From NCBI GenBank assembly GCA_038087875.1, contig JAXLNO010000454.1:1-64000 (forward strand): a stretch of DNA of 64,000 nucleotides. Direction: 5' to 3'. Position numbers and translations under genes: made by a program. The first letter of the stretch is position 1. The number at the start of each line of letters is the position of its first letter. This DNA is from Malacoraja senta (lineage: Eukaryota). The notes beneath the pieces are model-generated. The model was not told the origin of the DNA. It saw only the letters and a list, made by a program, of their open reading frames with translations, and ran no database searches. Shown piece after piece: positions 1-10,989 of the stretch.

Positions 1-424
1 TTGAGATCACACAACTTAAATCAGTGACTTCACAAGAGTCAGCCAACATTTGGAAAAAAAAGATAAACTGATAATGAAAGAAGAAAAAAAATGATCGCAC
101 ACTACATCCACAAGCCAAATCAGGAGCGACACCAGCAATGCAGCAAGATGGAGAAGCACACTTTCTACACAAACCATACGATTTTGAATTTTGTTTTCAC
201 TCAATTTGCTGTTTCACATAATTTGTACCATTGCCACATACCCACAGACAAACCTTTCCAATCTTTCATTTCCTTATGAGAACAACGTGATTTGACTTTG
301 CCAAATGAAGTAAGTTGCAAACATAAGCAAAATACCATGTCTTATAATTAAATAACTAAAAATAAAATGGCTGGATATTTGTCCAATTTATATTTTGCCT
401 ACAACGAGCAATTTATATTTTAAG

Positions 425-730
425 GTTCTACAACCTCAGGAGCCTGAGGATTTAACATCGTGGAGCTTGCAATCCCTTAGTTAGGGATCAACTTCCAGAG
501 CTCCAAGCTGCAGGAGCTTCGACGGCCCCCATCACGGGAGCTACGATCACCGGTTGCGGGAGCTTCGATCGCCCCGACTGCGGGTGGTTCGACTGCCCTG
601 ACCACGGGGAAAAGGGGGGAGGAAGTTAATTTCGTATGTAGTTATGCATCTTGCTGCTTTTTTGGTATGACTGTATGGCAAATCAAATTCTTTGTATGTT
701 CTTACATACTTAGCTAATAAATTCTTTGCA
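425..730 (+). mobile_element. GC-rich non-autonomous retroelement fragment with LINE-type 3' tail
   Basis: Internal gggagcttcga-type repeats like those at 5736-5750, followed by an AT-rich tail ending ...cttacatacttagctaataaa. Confidence 0.5.
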
Positions 731-904
731 TCTTGTATCTAGCTGCGTGACCTTTCTATTCAAATCCATATTTGGAAAATACCAACAATTTTTCCTACTC
801 GCCAGGCTTATCAAAGACATTAGCAGAAATTCTTGAACCAGTTTGGCAGCATTCACTTTGCCTTGCAATTAAAAATAGTTGTACACAGTGGACTTGAGAA
901 AGAA

Positions 905-2830
905 CCAAAAAACAAGCTGCTGGACAAACTCAGTGGATCACGAAGCAGCATTTCTGAAGGCAATTGAAGGTCACGATTTTGGGTCAAGACCCTGCATCAG
1001 GACAGAGAGTAAAGGGGAGACACCCAGTATAAAGAGGTGAGTGGGAGAGGTGAAGCCAGAGCAGTAAATGCTAGGTGCATCCAAGTGAGGAGGAGGTACT
1101 GTGCAGATAGAGCTGGGTATAGGGAGGAAGGGGTGAGATAGCAACAGAGGTAGGAATGTGACAAGTGGAAACAAAAGGTTGCAGGTTATGGAATCTGATA
1201 AGAAAGAAAGATGCTGAGTGGAACAAAATAAGAGAGGGATGGTGAGCAGATGGGAACAGTAATAGGAGGGATGGTGGATCCACCCAGTGCGTGATGTAGT
1301 TTGAACCCGGTGGGGGAGGGGAAATAAACTGGGTAACAGGGGGTTGGAAGGAATGTTTTGAAAGAAGGTGGTGTGTGAGAGGATCTGGGGGAAATCAACA
1401 GTTGACGGATAGGATCGGGTGCAGGCTTCATGAAACTGGAGAATTCAATGTTCTGTTGGGTTGGAGTCGGCCCAAATGGAAACTCGTTTGCATTTGATCT
1501 CAAGCTGGCAGTGGAGGGGATGGAGGACGGACAGTTCTGGGAGAGGAGTTAAATTGGGTTGTAACCAGGAACTCATCATGACATTTCAAACAGACGCATG
1601 TACTTGGTAAATCGATAATCCAGAATCCAGTTGCACTTAGTCTTTGTCAAGAGGTTCTCACTACACCAGCTTCCGCATCCAGCACAACATTCTTCGTAAT
1701 TTCTGCCAGTTAAAACACAATTCCATCACCAGTCACATTTTCCACTCCCCACCCATCCGTTGGGACCACTCTTTCCATGACCACCTGATTAGCTCATCCT
1801 TTCCACCTATCCTTGCCCATCCTGCAGTACTTTTCCCTGCAGCCACAGGAGATCTAACATCAGAGTCTACACTTTGACCCTCATCTCGACCCAGAGAGAT
1901 GAACAGCTCTTCCAGGAGAGTCAGAAATTCACCTGCACCTGCTCCAACCTGTCTGTTGTGTTCAGTGCTCTCACTGTGACCTACTCTACATCAGCAAGAC
2001 CAAGAGAAAATTAGATGACTACTTTGCCGAGCACCTTTGCTCTGCCCACATTATTCCCTCGAGCTCCGGGTTGCCAGTTATTTTAACACAATTTATTTTC
2101 TCACTACAAGCTGTCTTGTCCGTCCTCAGTCTCGCCCACTTTCAAGACAAGACCAAAAGAACACTTGAGGGGCAGCACCTCATACTTCATCTGGCCAATC
2201 CACAACCCAACAGCCTGAACATTGACTTTCCCAATTTCAGCTAATCTACATCCCCTCCCTCTCCTCCTGGTCAAATCAGGTCCTCTCATATTCTTCTCAA
2301 TCTTCTCAATGGTTCTTTATTGTCAAGTATACACAGCAGTGAAATTCTTTTGCACAGTCACAAAACAAAGTCACCATATTTTGGCACCATTTCCAAAGAA
2401 AAAGCAGACCCCCTGTTGCCCAGTTTCTTCCTCCTTGACCATTAACTATTACCCTCACTACAGCGTCCTATATTCCCTCCCACCGCTGAACCCATCTGCT
2501 CAGTACCCCCTTCCACCCAGTGTATTTCTTTCTTATCAGATTCCATAAACTGCAACTCTTTGCTGTCTTAACTAATCATCTCCCTACTTCTGTCACCATC
2601 TCCACCCTTTCATTCTCCCATCTGCCCAACAACCACATTTCATCTGAATCCACTTTTGTTTCCAGCTCCTGCCTCACCCACACTTCTTTCTAATGGCCAC
2701 CTCCCCTTTGCACTCCCAGTCCTGACACAGTCTCAACACAAAACATGGACCATCCCTTTGCATCCACAGATGCTCCTGACCCATAAGTTCATCCACAAGC
2801 TCATTTTCTGCTGCAGATTCCAGCTGTCTT
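905..2830. mobile_element. degenerate Penelope-like element with inverted 5' part
   Basis: A minus-strand pLTR/3' segment (about 905-1630) is the reverse complement of the plus-strand segment (e.g. 1188 tatggaatctgataagaaagaaa vs 2525 tttctttcttatcagattccata). The plus strand near 1925-2240 carries decayed GIY-YIG endonuclease sequence similar to 39990-40315. Confidence 0.7.
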
Positions 2831-2974
2831 CAGCTAATCTATATGTGGGCAGTGGATAAACAGAATTATGATCTAAATTTTCATGGATTGTGCATTTCAC
2901 TCATTTTTTCTCAATTGAAAGAACTTTAAGTATATTTTGAATATTACTAGCTTTCAATGGCAATAATATCTTAC

Positions 2975-3078
2975 CTCTTCAACTACTTCAATGACATCTC
3001 CGATTTTTATTTCCAATTCATCCTCATTTTGGGGTACGTAATCAAAAGTTGCTTCACAAAGCCGCTTTTTCGATCTTC
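2975..3078 (-). CDS. CD2AP: CD2AP internal coding exon (exon-4-like, first part of SH3 domain B)
   Basis: 104-bp exon bounded by acceptor ...catcccaacag| and donor GAG|GTAAGA. It translates (G/R)[34 protein letters not shown], matching the second SH3 domain of CD2AP/SH3KBP1 (human CD2[34 protein letters not shown], from memory). Starts phase 1, ends phase 0. Confidence 0.9.
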
Positions 3079-3147
3079 CTGTTGGGATGGATGCACCAGA
3101 AATTATATTTCATACTGTCTGAAAACATATCATATTGAATAGTATAA

Positions 3148-3745
3148 AGGGCCTCTCCCACTAACGCGACTTTTCAGCTGGATCGAACAGGAAAACGAAC
3201 ATGAACACACACACACACGTCGCAAAGGCGGGGACCAAGGAAAGCGGGGGAGCGCTGTCTGAAATTCACACCCGCAAAGAACAGGAAGGTAAAAGAACAG
3301 GAAGGTAAACTACGGCAAGTCCTTTAGAGAGCGTGGAGAGGGGGGGAGAAGGAGTGGAGACACTTTTAAGAAGCCAGACAACTTTTAATAAAGTTTAGCG
3401 GGCATTTAACATTATCGGTCGGTTTCCTTGGTTCTGAAAACTCCAATGAGCCAATTAAAATGCCCGGTCAGCAAAGGAGATTGCCTACAGCTACCTCGAC
3501 TGCCTAGCGACCAATCTCCACTGCACTACGAGTTCAAAAGAACCATGCCGACCAATTTTTACTCGCGGAAATTTTTTCACAACACTGAAAATTTTTCCTC
3601 GACCAAACTGAGGCCGCGAGTATGCGGGAACTTCCCTCGAGCATGAAGGAGAGTTCCAGTGACCTCCTAGGGCCACGTGTCGACCATGCTGCGAGTCGAG
3701 CGCAAACTCTTCTAAACTCGCAAATTAGGTCGCCGCAGTCGGACT
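3148..3745. mobile_element. PIF/Harbinger-type MITE (same family as 9434-10160)
   Basis: Begins TAA|agggcctctcccact. The interior is collinear with 9434-10160 (gcaaaggcgggg, gaaattcacacccgcaa, gagttcaaaagaaccatgcc). The right TIR is decayed. Confidence 0.7.
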
Positions 3746-4467
3746 TAACTTATGATATGAAGCTAGAATCCTTCTCAGAATCAAGTCTACATTCTTAGGA
3801 AAGCTGGAGTTGAATAACATAGCAATTTGGCATTCAAAATAGATCATACCACTAAATTATAGTACTATCATACTTTTCCAACTGCAGAAATACATGGTTC
3901 CAAATCTATTTTGAAATTACGTTATCTAATTTTAGCTTCTCAGGTCAATTAAAATTAGTTAAATTGAGCAAACACCTGCCAATTTTTCATTCTAAAAGTT
4001 CAACGTTTTTGAAGTTCAAAACTTGAAGAGTTATGTAAATGCTTGCAAAACAACTCTGGATCTTAACTTAATTATTTAATTCCACTTCCAAAAAATCTGA
4101 AATTCCTTTTGTTGAAATAAGTTTCAACGGCAACTTTATATCTTCCACGCAGTTTCACCTCAACTTTATGCATGCCAAATGGGAATTTTTAACATAAGCA
4201 CAGTTTTCAGTAACCAAGGGGAATTTAATGGAATCTAAAGATTAGTAAAATGTGAAATCCCCACAAAAATGAAAAACATGACTTTGATGTACAGAATGAA
4301 CATTGCCTACCTAATTACTTTATTTTAAATTACATTTAAGAGTACAATGAAAGACTGCAACAGGAAGAGATTTTTTTTAATGCAAATTAACACTGATGTT
4401 CAACTGCAATAACAAAATTTGCTGTCACATATTTTTCTCCAAATTTTACGGCAAAATATTATTTTTG

Positions 4468-6656
4468 AAACATACAAACATAGAAAATAGGTACAGGAGT
4501 AGGCCATTCGGCCCTTCGAGCCTGCACCGCCATTCATTATGATCATGGCTGATCATCCCTCAGTATCCTGTACCTGCCTTCTCTCCATACCCCCTGATCC
4601 CTTTAGCCACAAGGGCCACAACTAACTTCCTCTTAAATATAGCCAATGAACTGGCCTCAACTACCTTCTGTAGCAGGGAATTCCACAGATTCACCAGTCT
4701 GTGTAAAAAATGATTTTCTCATCTCGGTCCTAAAAGACTTCCCCCTTATCCTTAAACTGTGACCCCTTGTTCTGGACTTCCCCAACATCGAGAATAATCT
4801 TCCTGCATCTAGCCTGTCCAACCCCTTAAGAATTTTGTACGTTTCTAGAAGATCCCCCCCTCAATCTTCTAAATTATAGCGAGTACAAGCCGAGTCTATC
4901 CAGTCTTTCTTCATATGAAAGTCCTGCCATCCCAGGAATCAGTCTGGTGAACCTTCTCTGTACTCCCTCTATGGCAAGAATGTCTTTCCTCAGATTAGGA
5001 GACCAAAACTGTAGGCAATACTCCAGGTGTGGTCTCACCAAGACCCTGTACAACTGCAGTAGAACCTCCCTGCTCTTATACTCAAATCCTTTTGCTATGA
5101 ACGCTAACATACCATTCGCTTTCTTCACTGCCTGCTGCACCTGCATGCCTACTTTCAATGACTGGTGTACCATGACACCCAAGTCTCGTTGCATCTCCCC
5201 TTTTCCTAATCGGCCACCATTCAGATAATAGTCTACTTTCCTGTTTTTGCCACCAAAGTGGATAACCTCACATTTATCCACACTATACTGCATCTGCCAT
5301 GCATTTGCCCACTCACCCAACTTATCCAAGTCACCTTGCAGCCTCCTCCTCACAGCTAACACTGCCCCCCAGCTTCGTGTCATCCGCAAACTTGGAGATG
5401 TTGCATTCAATTCCCTCATCCAGATCATTAGTCTGTAGGGGGCGCTGTTCTGGCAGCAGCCATGTCAGCAGTGGGCGCAGCGTGGACTCTCGGCGTGGAG
5501 CGGGTGAAACCTCGTTGGGGCTCGCTGGAGGGGAGCGCTCCGTTTCGCTGGCCTGGGGCAGCCGGCAGCCTGAAGTCGCAGCCTGAAGCCGCAGTCTGCA
5601 GAGCTCCAGCTGGTGCGGCGTCTACAGCCCGGGATCCCTCGTGGGGGGACCCGGGGGAAGAAGAAGCCATCACTGGCGGCCCGCGGCCAACTTCTACCGC
5701 GGGGCCGGCATGGACTTACCATCACCCCTGGAGGGGAGCTTCGACCGCCGGCCCTGCAGTCTATGGTGCTTCTGGCTGCGGCGGGGACTTTAAATCTTGA
5801 CCGCCGGCCTGCAGCCCACAACAATCTAAAGCCGCGGTCTCCGGTGAGGAAGAGCCGATCCTGGACTGACTCTGGACTCTGGTCCTGTCCACGGGGGGGA
5901 AATGGAGGAGGACTGGCCAAATTTTTGTGCCTTCCACCACAGTGATGAATGCTGTGGTGGATGTTTGTGTTACATTTTGTGTGTTCTTTTTTATTGTATC
6001 GGTGCTGACAACCCAATCCTTGCCGGGTCACTGCTCATGCGGTCGACCGGTCGGTGCAGATTTAATGTATTGTTTGAATTGCCCCTTGGGGATAAATAAA
6101 GTGCTTGATTGATTGATTGATTGATTGATTAGTATATATTGTAAATAGCTGGGGTCCCAGCACTGAGCCTTGCTGTACCCCACTTGTCACTGCCTGCCAT
6201 TCTGAAAAGGACCCGTTTACTCCTACTCTTTGCTTCCTGTCTGCCAGCCAGTTCTCTATCCACATCAATACTGAACCCCCAATACCGTGTGCTTTAAGTT
6301 TGCATACTAATCTCTTATGTGGGACCTTGTCAAAAGCCTTCTGAAAGTCCAGATATAACACATCCACTGGTTCTCCCTTATCCACTCTACTAGTTACATC
6401 CTCAAAAAATTCCATAAGATTCTTCAGACATGATTTACCTTTCATAAATCCATGCTGACTTTGTCCAATGAATTCACCACTTTCCAAATGTGCTGCTATC
6501 CCATCTTTAATAACTGACTCTAGCATTTTCCCCACTACCGATGTTAGACTAACTGGTCTGTAATTCCCCGTTTTCTCTCTCCCTCCCTTTTTAAAAAGTG
6601 GGGTTACATTAGCTACCCTCCAATCCTCAGGAACTACTCCAGAATCTAAAGAGTTT
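4468..6656 (-). mobile_element. CR1 LINE, 5'-truncated (subfamily A), interrupted at 5432-6127
   Basis: RT ORF pieces 6062-6676 (NYRPVSLTSVVGK, YLDFQKAFDKV, QGSVLGP) and 4874-5428 (RPHLEYC, LGLYSL). CR1 3' UTR with (gaaacata)-type tail at 4468-4490. Confidence 0.95.
5432..6127 (+). mobile_element. GC-rich non-autonomous retroelement inserted in CR1 RT
   Basis: Flanked by attag (5427-5431 and 6128-6132). Ends in aattgccccttggggataaataaagtgc(ttga)n, an L2/Rex1-like 3' end. CR1 sequence resumes on both sides. Confidence 0.8.
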
Positions 6657-6789
6657 GTCTTGAAGACTAAAGGCATTCAACAACTGAAACTGCAGCAATT
6701 CCCAGATTCCCCTGCAGGCACTGTCAAATGCACACGTTCAGGGCTTGCTGACAATTCCCAAAGTTAAATCTGACATTTCAGTCTTTATT

Positions 6790-6955
6790 TGGAGATAGAG
6801 CACAGAACAGGCCCTTTGGCCCACTGAGTCCACACGGACTATCTATCATTCATTCACACTACGTTGTCCTATTTTCTCATCCACTCCCTATACATTACAG
6901 GTGTTTTCTTTAAAACAGAAGCCAAATAACCTGAAAACACACACGTCTTTAGGAT
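6790..6955 (-). mobile_element. V-SINE/HE1-like SINE 3' fragment
   Basis: aacaggccctttggcccact...; CR1-like 3' tail shared with other SINE copies in the window. Confidence 0.6.
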
Positions 6956-7115
6956 TTTTAATTTATTTAGTTTAGAGATACAGCGCGGAAACAGGCCCTT
7001 TGGCTCACCGCCGACCTGTGATCAATCACCCCGTACACTAGCACTATCTTACACACTAGGGACAATTTTCAATTTTTACCGAAGCCAATTAACCTACAAA
7101 TCTGTACATCTTTAG

Positions 7116-8082
7116 CAGACACGTGCGGTGAGTAATTAGTCAGGGTAGGCAGTGGCTTTTAAAAATCTTGAAAAACGCGCATGAGCAGATTATTCTCTCC
7201 CCGGCGAGCTGTCAGTCGGCTTTTTTAAACAAATTTGTGGAAACCGCGCATGCGCAGATTGTTCTCTCCCCAGCAAGCTGTCAGTCGGCTTTTAAAAATC
7301 TTGGAAACCGCGCATGCGCAGATTATTCTCTCCCCGGCGAGCTGTCAGTCGGCTTTTAAAAATCTTGGAAACCGCGCATGCGCAGATTATTCTCTCGACT
7401 TTTATCAAGTAATTTGTCTTCAATAGGTCCTATCGCTTAATAACGTATTTAAAAACATATAGCTCAAAGAAATTTACTTACCATATTATTTGTACACAAA
7501 ATCCATTCTTCTCTCTTTGATTCCTGTTGTACCAAGCTGTTTTAAATGTTCTAATTATTTTTGTTCCTTTGCGCTGTTGAAGTTCTTTAAATTCCGATGT
7601 TGGTCTGCATTTTTAATTATTTTGGTCTTTTCCTCGTAAGTTTGCTTCGAGAAACTCTTCATGTAATCACTATCCATCTTTGACAAACCCGCCAAGAAAC
7701 TTGCGCATACGCAGTAGGCTGGCGCGCATGCGCAGTGCGCAGCGCAGCACATGCACGCAGTCCATGGTGTAAAGGCAGAATTTCAGCTGCCTTTATGGAC
7801 TGTTGCCACTGATGGCTTGAAGCATCGTCGATGGCACGTGAGTACCACATACTTCCGCGTTTTAAATGTACTGCGGATGAAAGGCACGTGAGAATTATGC
7901 TTCCCTAAGAGATCGATCTCTTAGGGAAGCATAATTCTCACGTGCCTTTCCTATTTATGACCATTTTATATATGTTTTATATATATTTTATATATCTTTT
8001 ATATATATAAAATAATGACCATTTTATAATTTTAGTCAGGGTGGGCACTGCCTACCTTGCCTACCCTGACGGCATGTGCCTG
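7116..8082 (-). mobile_element. non-autonomous hAT DNA transposon (internal deletion derivative)
   Basis: Perfect 8-bp TSD atctttag (7108-7115 and 8083-8090). Imperfect TIRs cagacacgtgc / gcatgtgcctg. Residual transposase N-terminus and C-terminus (KERRMDFVYK*) on the minus strand. Confidence 0.9.
7153..7397. repeat. tandem repeat of about 58-60 bp, about 4 copies, inside the hAT element
   Basis: Unit approximately ggcttttaaaaatcttggaaaccgcgcatgcgcagattattctctccccggcgagctgtcagtc. Confidence 0.9.
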
Positions 8083-9239
8083 ATCTTTAGGATGTGGGTG
8101 GAAACCAGAACACCCAGAGGAAACTAACACAGTCATAGAGGAAACATGCAAACTCCACACCGACAGCATCCACAGTCAGGATCAAATCCAGGTCTCTCCA
8201 ATTGAGGCAGCAGCTCTACTGTGCTGCAGTCTACTGCTAGAGTCCACACAACTCTCGTGACTTTGGTTAGAAAATGTGTTGGAGAATAAAGAAAACTTTT
8301 TTTTTGTTTAAGCCGTCACTAATGAATAAAAAAAAACTATGCTAGAATGTAAAAATAAAAATATAGAAATGCTTAGCAAGATGGGTAGCATCTGGGGAGA
8401 GATAAACTCAACAGATGTTGGTAATTTGCTAGTTATTTCCAGCATTTTCTGCTTTCATAACCTTTATTAATAATTTATTTGATCTCTCTCAATAATTCCA
8501 TGAGATACAAGCTGAAAGGATTGGGAAAATAAACATGCTTCTTACCAAAAGAAGCTTAAAAGATGAGTAATTATTTCAAGTACATACAAGTAAATAAACA
8601 TTGAAGGATACTGCTGCCTTTGTGATTGCAACAGGTCTTTACATGAACTACTCAACCTATCATGCTTTCCTAACCACTGTCTCATGCAGTGCCCACAATG
8701 TTATTCACCTGGTTCTACCTAAACATGTATCATTTATCGACTTCCCCACCCAATCACCATTATCTTGCGGTCGCCTTCCAGTCCATAAATATAACAAAAA
8801 TGAATATTCAATAACAGAGTAAGTACAACAACAGGTAGAATCCCAAAGATGCAGAGTTCAGGTTCCAACAACTTATCAGCTATAAACTGGACAAATACTT
8901 GAGATTTAAAAGACAACAATGTTCATGACTGGCCAATTAAATGTCTCAACAGGAATTGCTTATATCTTATATTTATTCCTATGCTTACGGCCATGCTAGG
9001 ACATATTCTTTTTCAAATCCCCATATCACCTCATGCAACAGCTTTCCGCAATTAAGCCAGTCAACAGTCATACAGTACTGGCAGCTTGGCAAATCCAAAC
9101 ATGCGGATTAACATTAAGGATTCATTTTGATTACATTGGTACTCTTGAAACAAAACCAATTCTGAATATTTGAAAACAGGTATTAAAGACATATAGATTT
9201 TAAAATGTTAGCTTTCATTAAAAAAAATATTTGTCAATG

Positions 9240-10300
9240 TGGAACATTAAAGCAGAGGTGACTAATGGGGGACCTTGTATGGGTGTATAAAATCAAGAGG
9301 GGCATTAATAAGTTACATCTTTTTCCATGGAAGGGGAATAAAAAAAATAACAAGAGGGTAAGTTTAAGGTGAGAGCGGAGAAGATTTAAAAGGGACCCAA
9401 TGGGGAACTTCGTCACAATGAGGGTAATGCTTAAGGAGCTGTCCCACTGCGGCGACCTAATCCGCGAGTTCAGAAGAGTGTCTTCGACCTTCAAGCTCGA
9501 GGGCACTCGCCTGAAATACCTCGAGCTGGATCGACCGTCAGCGATGAAACTGCGAGCTGGATCGACCGACCGCACACACACACACACACACACACACATC
9601 GCAAAGGCGGGGGCCAGGGAAAGCAGGGGAACGCTGTTTGAAATTCACACCCGCAATGAAGAGGAAGGTAAAGACGGCTGCACAGTGTATGGTAAGTCCT
9701 TTAGAGAGCGTGGGGGGGGGGGGGGAGAAGGGGAGAGAGGGGGAGAAAGGGGGGAGTAGGGGGGGGGAGAAGGGGGGGGAAGACACTTTTAAGAAGTCAG
9801 ACAACGTTTATTAAAGTTTAGCGGGCATTTAATCTACCGGTTTTCCTTGGCCCTGAAAACTCAAATGAGCCATTGCCTACGGCTGCCCTCGACTGCCTGT
9901 AACTACATAGTGACCCCATTCCACTGCACTATGAGTTCAAAAGAACCATGCCAGACCAATTTTTACTTGCGGAAACATTTTCAACATGCTGAAAAAATTT
10001 CCGCGACCTAGCTGAGGCCGCGAGTATTCGGGAACTTCCCTCGAGCATGAAGAGAGTTCCAATGACCTCCTAGGACCACGTGTCGACCATGCTGGGAGTT
10101 TGAGTCGAGGGCAAACTCTTCTAAACTCGCAGATTAGGTTGCCACAGTGGGACAGCCCCTTTATATGGAATGAGCTGCCAGAGATGATGAGGCAGGCACA
10201 ATAACAACATTTAAAAGACCTTGAGGTACAAGAGGCAGCTATGCTTTCAGAGTAGTCCAAAATAACAAGGGGTGCAACTGGAAGATAGAGGCCAAATGCA
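9240..10300 (+). mobile_element. old CR1 3' fragment hosting a Harbinger MITE
   Basis: gtttaaggtgagagcggagaagatttaaaaggg before the MITE and atggaatgagctgccagag after it; typical decayed CR1 ORF2 end. Confidence 0.65.
9434..10160. mobile_element. PIF/Harbinger-type MITE
   Basis: TTA TSD (9431-9433 and 10161-10163). TIRs of about 37 bp: aggagctgtcccactgcggcgacctaatccgcgagtt / aactcgcagattaggttgccacagtgggacagcccct. Confidence 0.9.
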
Positions 10301-10989
10301 GAGGGCAAATATTCAATGTGAGTGGAGAAATTGTTGGTTTTGAAAGCAGTAGAGGGGTTGAGAAAAAGAAAATCATAATTGAATACAAAAATGATGATAG
10401 CATTTAATGCATTCTCAATTATGAGAAAGTTTGATTCTAAGGATTCAACCATATTGCTTTGTGAACAATCTACCATTGGTTTGGGAGTGCAAGATGTTCA
10501 AAGATTTGAAGATAGTTTGCATTGCAAATAATCACATAACTATCCATCTGCCATTCCAAAATTCCACAGCATTCAGAAGACCTGTCAGACACCTCTTAAT
10601 TCGGCAAATTTCAAAACAGATTCTCAATCTTTTTGTGTACAAGCCCTAGTGATGCCAAAACATCAGATTTGTTGGACAAGTAATCCAATGGAATGAATTG
10701 AATCTTGCAGGACCTTGTGCAGGACTAAGAGATTCATTACTCATAATAGAGAGCTGAGCGTAATAGAGAGCTGAGAAATTGTAAGCATATGACACTTAAT
10801 GATTTGCGCAAATTCAATGGAAGAAAATATTGTGTGTGTGCGCGCGTGTGAAGAGTGGAAGTGAAAACTTCCCCATGTCAATGAATAGCTTATTCCAGGT
10901 TTTAATATGGCTTTCCTGTAATGATCAGATGATTATTCAAACCAATGGAAGGCTTTATGCTGCTCAGGGAATGTTGCAGCCAGAGTTTC

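Larger units (their letters stand above)
6965..8225 (-). mobile_element. V-SINE/HE1-like SINE interrupted by a hAT element
   Basis: 3' tail (tttagtttagagatacagcgcggaaacaggccc) at the left. V-domain and tRNA-like head at 8091-8225 (gaaaccagaacacccagaggaaa, caggatcaaatcc). Confidence 0.8.

Noticed and set aside
5299..6112. Overlapping GC-rich ORFs on both strands (also 18482-18982, 25184-25700, 47006-47495)
   Set aside because: Open frames are expected in GC-rich sequence; there are no recognisable domains and they lie within a dispersed repeat family.
7153..7397. Regularly spaced repeats as a CRISPR array
   Set aside because: The units are contiguous tandem copies without unique spacers, inside a hAT element in vertebrate DNA.
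8734..8919. Short hydrophobic minus-strand ORF as an extra exon
   Set aside because: No similarity to CD2AP and no convincing splice-site pair.
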